A stretch of 64,000 bases of DNA from NCBI GenBank assembly GCA_965116875.1, contig OZ220733.1:1664001-1728000 (forward strand). The letters are read 5' to 3'. Shown in pieces: positions 40,146 to 50,269 of this stretch. This stretch comes from Candidatus Latescibacterota bacterium. Its GTDB lineage: Bacteria > Latescibacterota > UBA2968 > GCA-2709665. Positions within the stretch are counted from its first letter, which is position 1; each line of letters begins with the position of its first letter. The notes under the pieces are model-generated. The model searched no databases. It saw only the letters and a list, made by a program, of their open reading frames with translations, and was not told the origin of the DNA. A program made the position numbers and the translations under genes.

Positions 40146-41195
40146 TTACCCAGTTACGACGTTCTGGCGATAGTCGCCGTGGGCAATCAACTCGGGCGCG
40201 TAGGCGAACAGAGCCGGGTTGCCTCCGGTATGCACGTATACCGCGGTCGATCCTGACGGAATTTCCCCCGTGCGGATCCGGTCGATCACCCCGGACATCG
40301 CCTTGCACGTATAAACCGGATCCAGCAGGATTCCCTCCGTCCTCGCCAGCAGGTGCAATGCGTCCAGTCCGGCTTCGGTGACAATCCCGTAGTTCTCGCC
40401 CACGTAGGCGTCCGTATTCTCCATTTCACCGGCAGTCATTCGAGCTTCCAGATTCATCAGCGCCGCGGTTTCGTTGGCCACTTCCGCAATCTGCGCGTTT
40501 CGCCTCGCGTTGTCTCCCCTGCTCGGTGAGAATCCCTGTGTGCGAACCGGCAGTCCCAGCGCCTTCACGCCCAATGCCAGACCCGCGTGCGTGCCGTGTC
40601 CGGATGCAGTGCAGATGAAATTCGTTTGCGCGTCCATCGCCTCGAGTTGCTTGACAATCTCCAGCAGGCAGCCGACGTACGCCACCGTACCCAATACCAC
40701 GGCCGGTCGCCCGATGATATAGGGTTTCTCTCCCTGCGCCCGCAGTTCCTCCGCCGCCCGGTTCTTCACCTCTTCCTGGTTCACGCCTTCCGCAACCAGC
40801 CTGACGTCAGCGCCAAAGATATTGTCCAGAAGCTGATTTCCCTGAATGCCCATCCGGCTTCGATTGTCGTGGCGGTTCACCAGCACGCACTTCATGCCCA
40901 GTTTCGCCGCGGCGGCCGCCGCCTGCCGCGCATGGTTCGACTGCGACGCCGCCCCCGTGATCAACGCCGTGGCCCCTTCCGCCAGCGCGTCGCCCAGGGC
41001 AAGCTCGAATTTTCGCGTCTTGTTTCCTCCAAAGGCGAGACCGGTCAGATCATCCCGTTTTATCAGTACCCTCACCTTCCCGCCCAGCGCTTCCGAAAAA
41101 CGCGGACAATCGTGCAGAGGCGTGGGCAGTTCCGCCAGCCCCGCTCCTGGAAAACCATCGATAGCGGCCTGCAATTCCTGAGCGCCTACGGCCAT
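40146..41195 (-). CDS. D-cysteine desulfhydrase / ACC deaminase family PLP enzyme
   Basis: IKRDDLTGLAFGGNKTRK, QSNHARQ, EGILLDPVYTCK, HTGG. Confidence 0.9.
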   Translation of the reverse strand: MAVGAQELQAAIDGFPGAGLAELPTPLHDCPRFSEALGGKVRVLIKRDDLTGLAFGGNKTRKFELALGDALAEGATALITGAASQSNHARQAAAAAAKLGMKCVLVNRHDNRSRMGIQGNQLLDNIFGADVRLVAEGVNQEEVKNRAAEELRAQGEKPYIIGRPAVVLGTVAYVGCLLEIVKQLEAMDAQTNFICTASGHGTHAGLALGVKALGLPVRTQGFSPSRGDNARRNAQIAEVANETAALMNLEARMTAGEMENTDAYVGENYGIVTEAGLDALHLLARTEGILLDPVYTCKAMSGVIDRIRTGEIPSGSTAVYVHTGGNPALFAYAPELIAHGDYRQNVVTG

Positions 41196-41431
41196 GCATC
41201 CCTCCATTTCCACTGTGGATCCGGGTGTTGTGGGTCAACGCGGACAGCACCTCCTTCCGCATTGCGGCGGCGCCGTGGGTGGCAATGCTGCCATGATGGC
41301 ACAGTTTCCCGCGGATGTCAAAGAAAAAGGGTCTGTGCGCCCGCCTTCAATTTCATTGTGTCCGCCCGGGTCGATTCCTATATTCCGCAGGTCCCGCAGT
41401 CCGCCGATCCGTTGGGGTTGAGGAGGGTTTG

Positions 41432-42256
41432 ATGAAACCATACAACGATAGTGTCATCGCGAAAGACGCCCAGGCCTTCGACGAAGAAACCACGCGGAAG
41501 ATCGTGGAACAGTTCAGCCGCGACGGCTATTATTTGATGGAAAACGTGCTTGACGTCGACGAGATCGACGCGCTCAGGGACGGGATGGTACGCAAATGGA
41601 ACGATCCCCGGATTCAGGCGGACGAAGCCGGCGATCACATCCGCGGCATCAGCATGATGCGCATGTACGAATACGACCGCAATTATCTGGACCTCATTGA
41701 GCGGGAGCCCATTGTCAGCCTTGTGGAGGCCATCCTCGGCGAGGACTGCCATATGATGTCCCAGAACGCCCTGCGTTACGAACCCGGCCAGGGCGGCGGC
41801 TGGCACCTGGATGACAGAGTCCACTTCCCGTTGCCGGATGGTGTCCCGCGCCACAGTCCGGAAATCCCCATCCCCTGCTTCGTGATCAACGTGATGATTC
41901 CCCTGAGCAGGGCCGATTCTGTGGAATACGGCGTCACACAGGTCATTCCCGGAAGCCACTTTGCGGGCCGGAATCCGAACGACCGTGAGAATCCGACGTT
42001 TGAAGGCCGGGGGCCGGTTTCCCTGGTCGCGAATCCAGGCGACGTTTACATGTTCCACAACCAGGTCTGGCATTGCGGTTCGCGGAACAACTCCGACCAG
42101 GTGCGATACGTCGGCTCGGTCGTCTACAGCCAGCGCTTCATCGCCCAGCGCCTCTATCCGTTCATCGACTACCGGATGCCGGACTACGTCTGGGAAGGCG
42201 CCAGCCCGCGCCTCCAGCGGCTCCTGGGACGGCACGAAAAAGGTGCGTACGGATAG
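41432..42256 (+). CDS. PhyH family dioxygenase
   Basis: FSRDGYY, WHLD, IPGSHF, GDVYMF...WHCG. Confidence 0.88.
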   Translation: MKPYNDSVIAKDAQAFDEETTRKIVEQFSRDGYYLMENVLDVDEIDALRDGMVRKWNDPRIQADEAGDHIRGISMMRMYEYDRNYLDLIEREPIVSLVEAILGEDCHMMSQNALRYEPGQGGGWHLDDRVHFPLPDGVPRHSPEIPIPCFVINVMIPLSRADSVEYGVTQVIPGSHFAGRNPNDRENPTFEGRGPVSLVANPGDVYMFHNQVWHCGSRNNSDQVRYVGSVVYSQRFIAQRLYPFIDYRMPDYVWEGASPRLQRLLGRHEKGAYG

Positions 42257-42280
42257 CCAAACAGCGGTCAGACGCAAGAC

Positions 42281-42459
42281 GGGCGACCACAAGGGTCGCC
42301 CCTACGAATGCAACGTCGCCGCAGACCTCTCCCCCCAGCCCCTCTCCTGAAGGAAAGGGGGAGGAAAACCAGAAAAACAGGCCCCAAACGGGGACACGGA
42401 GACGCAAAGGGAAGACTCGTAACCGAGACAAGGCGGGCGACCACAAGGGTCGCCCCTAC
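42281..42459. repeat. two GTAG-type REP palindromes plus a CCCCTCTCC-type REP
   Basis: GGGCGACCACAAGGGTCGCCCCTAC at 42281 and 42435; CCCCCAGCCCCTCTCC hairpin near 42330. Confidence 0.8.
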
Positions 42460-42526
42460 GAATACAACGTCGGTGCGGGGAAAGAGAGCGATGAGCGATC
42501 GGCAGAAAACGAGAAGGAATAACCCG

Positions 42527-42727
42527 ATGAATACGATGACGTATAGAGGATACGCGGCTCGAATCGACTACAGTGATGAAGACGGCTGCTTCGTCGGTCA
42601 TATTGCGGGGATCAATGACGTGGTGGGTTTTCACGGCGAATCGGTCGAAGAACTGCGGGATGCCTTTGTAGAATCGGTAGATGACTATCTTGAAACCTGC
42701 GAAAAGCTCAACAGGTCCCCTTCTTAG
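42527..42727 (+). CDS. HicB family antitoxin, N-terminal domain only, orphan
   Basis: MTYRGYAARIDYSDEDGCFVG.IAGINDVVGFHGESVEELRDAF..SVDDYLE; no DNA-binding tail, no hicA. Confidence 0.8.
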   Translation: MNTMTYRGYAARIDYSDEDGCFVGHIAGINDVVGFHGESVEELRDAFVESVDDYLETCEKLNRSPS

Positions 42728-42783
42728 CGCCACTGCTGCACAAGACAGCAACAGATTTGAGACCGGCGTGGTTGGCGTTCCCG

Positions 42784-42861
42784 GGAGCGAGGGCATCCTG
42801 CCCTCGACGCAAATAGAGGTGGGTTACACGTAGTTCGAGGGCAGGATGCCCTCGCTCCGGA
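42784..42861. repeat. REPIN-like inverted pair
   Basis: GGAGCGAGGGCATCCTGCCCTCGA ... TCGAGGGCAGGATGCCCTCGCTCC. Confidence 0.8.
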
Positions 42862-43363
42862 TACGGGTGGATCACGTCGCGATCCAGGGCTGGTTGACTT
42901 TGGTCACGGGGCGCTCGTGGCCGGTGTAGCAACTTTGGTTTTTCCAGAATCTGGGGCCACCCGTACGGAGAAGATTCAAGATCCTATCACAGGTGTCCAG
43001 GATAATTCGTAAAAGTCGATTTTGGTCAGGTTTGGGATGACGAATATCTTGAAACCCGTGATAAGCTCTCAACAGGCCAAATTCCGGAAATCTATGGCTA
43101 ATTGAAGGCTATGTCTGTGAGAAAATAAACGAGTCGACCCCGCTTCAATCAGTTCCTCGACAGGTATAGAAATAGTGCGTAGGGCTGAGCGCGAGGGAAA
43201 TCGTCTTCGCCCTTGCCATAGCTTCCAATTGTCGGTATTTTTCCACGTGCCACCGGGAATGCGACTGGCTGGGTTTGATCCGATCCCTTGCTCCAGTCTG
43301 CACGGTGTGCCATATTCGCAATCGACTCAAGGTAACACGTACGAAGGTGAGAAGGGACCTGCC

Positions 43364-43579
43364 ATGGCGCAAAAATCAAAGGCATTCAATTGCAAGAGAG
43401 TGCATGTCATCTCAAGAAGAGATCGTTGGGTTGTCAAGAAGGAAGGGAATTCAAGAGCGTCGAAAATATACGACACCAAGTCTGCTGCCGAAAAAGGCGC
43501 CAGCGAAATATCGAACGGTAGTGACGTTGTCATCCACAGAAGAGATGGAACGGTACAAAAATGGATAAAGGCTAAGTGA
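43364..43579 (+). CDS. DUF2188 family protein
   Basis: HVISRRDRWVVKKEGNSRASKIYDTKSAA...VVIHRRDGTVQ. Confidence 0.8.
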   Translation: MAQKSKAFNCKRVHVISRRDRWVVKKEGNSRASKIYDTKSAAEKGASEISNGSDVVIHRRDGTVQKWIKAK

Positions 43580-44193
43580 ACAGCCGGGGGGATTTCCATT
43601 CCAACGTCTTCATCAATTGTCCGTTTGATGAAGATTACACGCAGCTACTTAGACCTCTCCTGTTCAGTGCTGTTCGTGCCGGCCTGACAGTGAGAATTGC
43701 ATCGGAGACTTTTGACTCTGGAGTTGCGAGGATACATCGAATATGTGATTTGGTACGTGAATCCAAATACAGTGTGCATGATTTGTCAAGGATCCGAGCG
43801 TCATTCGAGGGCGAAATCCACAGGATGAATATGCCCTTCGAACTGGGTCTCGATATCGGTTGCCGGGTTTTCTCTCGCGGCTTGATGAGTCAAAAGCGAT
43901 GTTTGATATTGGAGACCGAACAGTACGAATACCAAAAGGCACTGTCTGATCTCTCGAACTCCGACATTAAACGCCACCGTGATGAGCCTGAAGAACTGGT
44001 CCGGCAAGTACGCAACTGGTTTGTTGAGGTTGGCATCAATGGTGTTCCGAGCGGTACCGTGATTTGGGAACAATTCAACGAGTTTGTGGCCAACTTCCAT
44101 CACGAGAGGGAGGCCGAGGGTTTCAGGGACAAAGATCTGGAGATGATGCCTGTTCCTGAGTATATCGGATACATAAAAGACTGGGTAGGTTGA
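43576..44193 (+). CDS. nucleoside 2-deoxyribosyltransferase/TIR-like protein
   Basis: VFINCPFD, SKYSVHDLS, NMPFELGL (candidate catalytic Glu), SDL; 4-nt overlap with the DUF2188 gene. Confidence 0.65.
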   Translation: MNSRGDFHSNVFINCPFDEDYTQLLRPLLFSAVRAGLTVRIASETFDSGVARIHRICDLVRESKYSVHDLSRIRASFEGEIHRMNMPFELGLDIGCRVFSRGLMSQKRCLILETEQYEYQKALSDLSNSDIKRHRDEPEELVRQVRNWFVEVGINGVPSGTVIWEQFNEFVANFHHEREAEGFRDKDLEMMPVPEYIGYIKDWVG

Positions 44194-44459
44194 ATTAAAG
44201 TAAATTCGGGTGGTAATGCGTCCAACCTCATGTGAATCTCGCACGAGGTTTTCGTTTATTCAGGTAGTGCCGTCCGTGACTGCATGAGCGAGACTATGGT
44301 CGCGCGCAAACAAGCGAGCAATCGTGGGAGCGAAAAGACAGAAGAAGGTCAAACCCGGCTACCTGCCTGAGCAGGAATCTATCCGACCAACATCACCTTT
44401 TGAAGTTACTGCGGGGAGTACCCGATCGTTTACGTTTTACCACAATATTGACCGGGCAA

Positions 44460-44542
44460 CCTGAGCCGCTCCCTGAGCTTGTCGAAGGGTCGGCGAAGGA
44501 AAAAGGACGCCCAGACGCGGGCGCTTCGACAAGCTCAGCGTC
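44460..44542. repeat. REP-like CTGAGCTTGTCGAAG inverted pair
   Basis: cctgagcttgtcgaaggg ... gcttcgacaagctcagc. Confidence 0.7.
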
Positions 44543-44654
44543 CCCTTCTGAGCAAGTTCCTCTCCACCGTAGTAGGCACAATATATGTCAACTATTTACT
44601 GCTCCCGGTAGTATTTATTCAGAAGGCTGCGCACTCCCGCAAGGAGGCGAAGAA

Positions 44655-44909
44655 ATGACCGACTTACTTCAGCAGGCATTATCGGAAATTCAGAAGCTTC
44701 CGCCAGATAGACAGGATGCCATTGCCACTCGTATTCTGAACGACCTGAAGGATGAGCATCTTTGGACGGCACGTTTTCATGCCACAACCGATGAGCAGTG
44801 GGACCGTTTGGCCGAAGCCGCCAGAAAAGAGATTGCTGCGAGCGAACCGATTTCATTTGAGGATGTTTTTCCGACGGCGCAGACCTCTCCCCCCAGCCCC
44901 CTCTCCTGA
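44655..44909 (+). CDS. small putative antitoxin, orphan
   Basis: MTDLLQQALSEIQKLPPDRQDAIATRIL.DL.DE..W..RF; AGGAGG RBS; runs into a REP. Confidence 0.55.
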   Translation: MTDLLQQALSEIQKLPPDRQDAIATRILNDLKDEHLWTARFHATTDEQWDRLAEAARKEIAASEPISFEDVFPTAQTSPPSPLS

Positions 44910-45038
44910 GGGGAAGGGGAGCAAAGGCAGGCGAACGGGCACATCGGCGACGTTCGCGTCAATGAACTATGGGGCAAATGGCGACAGTTCGCGCGTTATG
45001 TTTTCGAGAGTCGACGTTTAACCAACGAAAGGAATCCC

Positions 45039-46109
45039 ATGACGAAATCCGATCCATTCGAACAGGGCCTGGCGGCCGGTGAGGCGGCTGCTTCCACCTC
45101 CGGCGGCGCGTCAGAGTCATCGTCGAACGGCGGGCGCATGTACGTGCGCACGCAGAGTTTCGGGTCCTCCGATGCCGAATTGCGCTTTCTGCAGCGGTGC
45201 GGCGTACGCCACAAGGCCGTTGTGTTTCCGTTCCATCCCGGCCGCGGATGGGACCTCGACGAACTGATCCAGGTACGGGAACACCACGAGTCCTTCGGCA
45301 TCACGCTGGATATGAGTTCGCTGCCCATATACGAGCGTTTTCCCAACATCATCTACCATGGCAAGAGCCCGGAGCGCGACCGGGAGATCGACGTCGTATG
45401 CGAAATGATCCGGACGGCTTCGCGAGCCGGCATAGACTCGCTGCGCTACAACACGTGCGTACTGCCCATCGACCGGACCGAACCGGAAGAAGGCCGCGGC
45501 GGCTTCTTCCACACCGCGTTCCGCCTGGAGAAGATCCCGGCGGAAGACCAGGCCAGGCTGACCGAAGCCGGGCGCGTCACGACGGAAATGCGCTGGGAAC
45601 GCATCGAATATCTGCTGGAACGCATGATTCCGGTGGCGGAAGAATTCAAGGTTCGGATGGGCAATTCCCAGGAGGACCCCGCCACACCCCCCGGCTACAT
45701 GGGCGTTGACAAGGTCCTCAATGACTTCGAGGGCATGAAGCGTTTCATCGAGATTCAGCGCAGTCCGTATCACGGCTGGAACTTCTGCGTGGGCTCCGTC
45801 GCCGAAGGGCTCGAAGATCCGGCAAGTGAAATTTATCCCATCATCGAATATTTCGGCAGCCGGGATACGATCTTCCTGGTCCATTATCGCAACATCATCG
45901 GGGGGCAGTACAGCTTCCGCGAGTCCCTGCCCGATGAGGGAGACATGGACTTCTATCGTGTCATAAAAGCCCTCAAGGACACGGGCTACTGTTACGGCAT
46001 CGATCCGGACCACGTTCCATGGACGGACGACGATCCGAATCGCTCGTATCAGTCCTACGCGTACTGCTTCGGTTATATCAATGCCATGATTCAGGCGGTG
46101 TACGGTTAG
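45039..46109 (+). CDS. mannonate dehydratase (UxuA)-like protein
   Basis: LERMIPVAEE..VRM, NFCVGS, VHYRNI, F.ES.PDEGDMD, PDHVP. Confidence 0.8.
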   Translation: MTKSDPFEQGLAAGEAAASTSGGASESSSNGGRMYVRTQSFGSSDAELRFLQRCGVRHKAVVFPFHPGRGWDLDELIQVREHHESFGITLDMSSLPIYERFPNIIYHGKSPERDREIDVVCEMIRTASRAGIDSLRYNTCVLPIDRTEPEEGRGGFFHTAFRLEKIPAEDQARLTEAGRVTTEMRWERIEYLLERMIPVAEEFKVRMGNSQEDPATPPGYMGVDKVLNDFEGMKRFIEIQRSPYHGWNFCVGSVAEGLEDPASEIYPIIEYFGSRDTIFLVHYRNIIGGQYSFRESLPDEGDMDFYRVIKALKDTGYCYGIDPDHVPWTDDDPNRSYQSYAYCFGYINAMIQAVYG

Positions 46110-46145
46110 CGTATACCCATGCGAGCCCGGGCAAAGGACAACAAC

Positions 46146-46991
46146 ATGAAACCAGATGAAATAGCGCGCGAAATCAGGGACAACGGCTACTGCATCGTCG
46201 ATGGCGTGATCCCCTCACAGGAAGTTGACAGGATCCGCGAGTGCGTTTTGCGTGCGCAGGCCGCCAACGACGCCGCCCACCAGGCCAGGGAACGGGCGAC
46301 TCGCGCCAGGGGCCACCGCGTGGGCGCACGCGGCGTCGGCGTACTCAAGCAGGCGATCAACCACGACCAGTCGTTCGCGCCGTATCTGGCCGACCGGCGC
46401 ATCGTGGGCGCCCTCGAGGTCATCTTCGGTCCCTGGCTGCGGATTTCCTGCACTGACGTGGTTGTGAACCATCCGGGGAACGAGCGCGGCTACTGGCACG
46501 CGGACTGGCCGTACAACCAGACGAACGCCTCCAATGTCCGCGCCCCTTACCCGGACGTGATGATGCACGCGTCCTCGCTGTGGATGCTAACCGATTTCTC
46601 CCCCGCCAACGGAGGCACGCTGCTGCTGCCGGGCACGCACCGGAAGGACCGCAATCCGGCGACGGGAGACATCCCCGGCTTCGACAACGAAGCGCCCCAA
46701 CCGGACGAGGTCAACGCCGAGGGCAGGGCGGGATCGGTGCTGCTCTACGACAGCCGGCAGTGGCACGCGGTTGCCCCCAACCGGAGTGACAGCCCGCGGG
46801 TGGCCCTGATCGTGCGCTACGCGCCCTGGTGGCTGAACCTGAATCCAACGCACACCGGCACGCCGGAGCATGAAATGATGGTGGTGGAGACCGGCGGGAA
46901 GAACTACGAGATGGAGCCCCTGCGCCGCGACGTGTACGAGGGCCTTCCGGAGGACGTGAAGCCGCTCTTTCGGCACTTCGTGGGCATGTAG
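46146..46991 (+). CDS. PhyH family dioxygenase
   Basis: IRDNGYCIV, WHADWP, NGGTLLLPGTH, AGSVLLYDSRQWH. Confidence 0.9.
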   Translation: MKPDEIAREIRDNGYCIVDGVIPSQEVDRIRECVLRAQAANDAAHQARERATRARGHRVGARGVGVLKQAINHDQSFAPYLADRRIVGALEVIFGPWLRISCTDVVVNHPGNERGYWHADWPYNQTNASNVRAPYPDVMMHASSLWMLTDFSPANGGTLLLPGTHRKDRNPATGDIPGFDNEAPQPDEVNAEGRAGSVLLYDSRQWHAVAPNRSDSPRVALIVRYAPWWLNLNPTHTGTPEHEMMVVETGGKNYEMEPLRRDVYEGLPEDVKPLFRHFVGM

Positions 46992-47043
46992 GCGAGCGGA
47001 GAGTTTGTGTTGGAAAACACGAGTTGATTGCTGCAAGGGAAAT

Positions 47044-47232
47044 ATGCGGTACAAGGTCGCGCTACACAAATCCGAGGAAGGCTACAGTGTCTCGGTACCC
47101 GGCTTGCCAGGTTGCTGGTCGCAGGGAGCCACCGAAGATGAAGCGATGGCAAACATCGAAACGGCAATACGCGAGTATCTGGAGGTCGTTGGTAACCCTG
47201 ACGATAACGTGGAAGTCGTCGATTTGCATTGA
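47044..47232 (+). CDS. short HicB-like antitoxin, orphan
   Basis: EEGYSVSVPGLPGCWSQGATEDEAMANIETAIREYL; no hicA. Confidence 0.85.
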   Translation: MRYKVALHKSEEGYSVSVPGLPGCWSQGATEDEAMANIETAIREYLEVVGNPDDNVEVVDLH

Positions 47233-47258
47233 GTTGGTACTACCAGGAGGCGACCGAC

Positions 47259-48014
47259 TTGGAATGGTATGAGGATGAGTCGTTCTGGAAAGCGACTTAT
47301 CCGTTTCTTTTTTCCGAGGCAAGGTTTGACGCTGCCGGGACGCACCTTGAAAGCATCCTGAATCTGGTCGGCCTGGACTCCGGGCCGGTCCTCGACCTGT
47401 GTTGCGGCCCCGGCCGATTCTCGATCCCGCTGGCGCAGCGCGGGTTTCCGGTCACGGCGGTAGACAGGAGCCCGTTTCTGCTGGACAAAGCGCGGCAGAG
47501 GGCGGCGCAAGCGGATCTGGACATCGAATGGGTCGAGGAAGACATGCGGGAGTTTGAGCGGCCGGAGGCCTTCGACCTTGTCCTCAATCTCAACACTTCT
47601 TTCGGGTATTTCGATGCCAAAGACGAGGACGTCCGGGTGCTGCGAAAGATTTTCGCCAGCCTGAAGCCCGGCGGACGTCTCGTGATGGACCTCATGGGCA
47701 AGGAAAAGCTGGCACGGATCTTCCAGCCGACGGTCTCCGAGAAGCTCGAGGACGGCACCCTGCTGGTCCAGCGCCACGAGATCTTCGACGAGTGGACCCG
47801 CATCAGGAATGAATGGATAATCATCAGAGGCCCGGAGGTCCGCACCTTCGAATTTCATCACACCATCTATTCCGGCCAGGAATTGAAGGACAGGTTGCTT
47901 GCCGCCGGCTTTGGGGATGTGAGACTCTGCGGCAGTTTCGAAGGGGAGGAATACGGCAGGGAATCCGATCGGTTTGTAGCGGTCGCCGGGAAGCCCGCCG
48001 TGACAACTGCCTGA
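47259..48014 (+). CDS. class I SAM-dependent methyltransferase
   Basis: VLDLCCGPGR, VDRS, EEDMR, SLKPGG; TTG start after AGGAGG. Confidence 0.9.
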   Translation: MEWYEDESFWKATYPFLFSEARFDAAGTHLESILNLVGLDSGPVLDLCCGPGRFSIPLAQRGFPVTAVDRSPFLLDKARQRAAQADLDIEWVEEDMREFERPEAFDLVLNLNTSFGYFDAKDEDVRVLRKIFASLKPGGRLVMDLMGKEKLARIFQPTVSEKLEDGTLLVQRHEIFDEWTRIRNEWIIIRGPEVRTFEFHHTIYSGQELKDRLLAAGFGDVRLCGSFEGEEYGRESDRFVAVAGKPAVTTA

Positions 48015-48077
48015 TCATACGGCAGAATAAGAGCCGACCCGGCGAAGACGTCAATCCTCACAGCAAGTAATACACTC

Positions 48078-48518
48078 ATGGACACAGATCACACGAACTC
48101 AGTCAGATACCAAAATACCCTTGAGGGGATCGGGCCCGACAATCTCAAGGGTCACTTCATGGGTTGGCCCAATCCTCCGTCCCCGGATGCGCATCTGAGG
48201 ATTCTTCAGGGCAGCGACCACTTCGTTCTGGCTGTTTCGGCGCAAGGAACGGTGGTCGGCTGGATTTCCGCCATCTCGGACGGCGTGTCCTGCGCCTATA
48301 TCCCCCACCTCAGCGTACTCCCGGAATACCAGGACTGCGGTATTGGCGCCGAGCTTGTCAGGCGAATGCTCGAACAGGTTGGCCATCTCTACATGATCGA
48401 CCTCGTGTGCGACCGGGACGTGGCCGATTTCTACGTCAAGCAGGGTTTTTCCGAGTGCGTGGGAATGGTGGTTCGCAATTTCGAGCGGCAGAATTGCGAA
48501 TATGGCGGCAAACCATGA
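48078..48518 (+). CDS. GNAT family acetyltransferase
   Basis: AISDGV..AYI..L.VLPEYQDCGIG, FYVKQGF. Confidence 0.88.
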   Translation: MDTDHTNSVRYQNTLEGIGPDNLKGHFMGWPNPPSPDAHLRILQGSDHFVLAVSAQGTVVGWISAISDGVSCAYIPHLSVLPEYQDCGIGAELVRRMLEQVGHLYMIDLVCDRDVADFYVKQGFSECVGMVVRNFERQNCEYGGKP

Positions 48519-48645
48519 TATATCATGGCTAAATCAGGACAAAAAACCGCCGATTTATACTATATATAATATGTGACATATCTTATTTGATATATAAAAG
48601 CCGTATTCACCCTTTGGAAATGCAAATAATAGAGATGGAGACACG

Positions 48646-49467
48646 ATGAACGTCGATCCGGACAAGGCAATCGCTTACGTTCTCGACACGAATGATCCCG
48701 TTCTTTCGAGCCTCGCCCTGTATGCGAGCGGCGGTTGCGGTCGTGACGACGTGATCAGAGCTCTTCAGCTCCACCAGAGAAACGATGGTGGCTGGACGCG
48801 AACCGACAAGGACTTTCAGGGTGACCTGTCGATCATCAGCGCTACGTGGGTGGCGGTGCAATGGTTGAACTGGATTGGAGATCGAAACAGTTCGGTACTC
48901 GCGGACACGATCGATTACCTCCGAAGAACCCAGCGTGACGACGGCAGTTGGGACGAACCGGATGAGATCGTCAACTTCAATCCGCCTTTCTGGATGCTGC
49001 CCGGACGGTACGAGAACCGGGTATGGCTCACCTCCGCACTGTGCTGCAAGCTGAAAGAAGCCGGCCGGGAACATCAGGTGGACTTTCCGAGAGCGGTGCA
49101 GTTTATCCGACAGGCGTGGGATGGCGAGAAATTCCCGGTCTACCAGCATACGCACTGGATGGCAATGCCTCTGTTCAGTCTGATTGGAACCGGCGACGAA
49201 GCGGACGGGGGAATCATCAACGGATGCAAGAAGGTCCTTAACGATGCGGTGGCGGCAGGCAGGGCGGATCCGGGAGACACGATCTCGATTGCTTATGCCG
49301 CCCACCTCGCCGGTGAAGTCGCGGAAGACCTTTTCAATTTATCGCTCGAAAAGGTAAAAGGCTTTCAGCAGGATGACGGAGGCTGGATCACAAATCATGG
49401 AGAGGAACACCGCGCGGCCTTTACGGTCGAAGCGCTGTTTCTTTTCAGGAAAATCGGCGTGTATTGA
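48646..49467 (+). CDS. prenyltransferase/squalene-oxidase repeat protein
   Basis: QRNDGGW, QRDDGSW, QQDDGGW repeats. Confidence 0.75.
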   Translation: MNVDPDKAIAYVLDTNDPVLSSLALYASGGCGRDDVIRALQLHQRNDGGWTRTDKDFQGDLSIISATWVAVQWLNWIGDRNSSVLADTIDYLRRTQRDDGSWDEPDEIVNFNPPFWMLPGRYENRVWLTSALCCKLKEAGREHQVDFPRAVQFIRQAWDGEKFPVYQHTHWMAMPLFSLIGTGDEADGGIINGCKKVLNDAVAAGRADPGDTISIAYAAHLAGEVAEDLFNLSLEKVKGFQQDDGGWITNHGEEHRAAFTVEALFLFRKIGVY

Positions 49468-49540
49468 GTCTATGGCGCGCGAGGAGAAATCCGGCGTGAC
49501 AACTGCCTCGGCACGGGAATTCGCTCCAGGGAACTTCCAT

Positions 49541-50254
49541 ATGACGCCTCATTCCAGCGATGCGACGTCCGAAGAAACGGCCCGATACTACGCGGCGCGC
49601 GCGCCTGAATACGACCTTAGCGCCGGGTATCTGACTCGTGATAGAGAAACTCTCCGTGTTGCGAAGAAGAAAAGATATCAGCAGCTCTTTCGCGGACACG
49701 ACGTGATCGAGATTGCGTGCGGGACCGGATACTGGACGGAGGTCCTCGCGGAAACCGCGAAGTCGGTCGTTGGAATTGACGTGAACCCGGAGATGATATC
49801 CCGGGCTCAATCGAGGTGTGAACATCTCCCGCATGTGAGCTTCCGACTTACAGACGCGTATTCCCTCGGCCCCGAGGCAGGCGCTTTCACGGCAGGGTTC
49901 GCCGTCTGGTGGTGGTCGCACATACCCAGATCACGTTTACAGGAGTTTCTGCAATCGCTTCACCGCAGGCTGATCCCCGGAGCGCTCGTGCTGTTTTCGG
50001 ACCAGCTCGAATACGACGTTCCCAGGGTTGACGGCATGGCCACGCAACGGCGCCAGGATTCCAACGGCGATACCATCGAACGGCGGGTTCTCTCGGATGG
50101 ACAGAAGTACGACATCGTGAAAAACTTCCCGACCGAACAGGAACTCGTTGCCGCCGTCAGTGGATTTGGAACGGACGTCCAGTACAACGAGTGGCCCGGC
50201 GAGGCGCATTGGGAGTTGACGTACAGCGCCGTCAAGATGGCTCAAACCGAATAA
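49541..50254 (+). CDS. class I SAM-dependent methyltransferase
   Basis: YYAARAPEYD, VIEIACGTGYWT, WWSHIP, YDIVKNFP. Confidence 0.88.
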   Translation: MTPHSSDATSEETARYYAARAPEYDLSAGYLTRDRETLRVAKKKRYQQLFRGHDVIEIACGTGYWTEVLAETAKSVVGIDVNPEMISRAQSRCEHLPHVSFRLTDAYSLGPEAGAFTAGFAVWWWSHIPRSRLQEFLQSLHRRLIPGALVLFSDQLEYDVPRVDGMATQRRQDSNGDTIERRVLSDGQKYDIVKNFPTEQELVAAVSGFGTDVQYNEWPGEAHWELTYSAVKMAQTE

Positions 50255-50269
50255 GGTAGGGTACATCAG

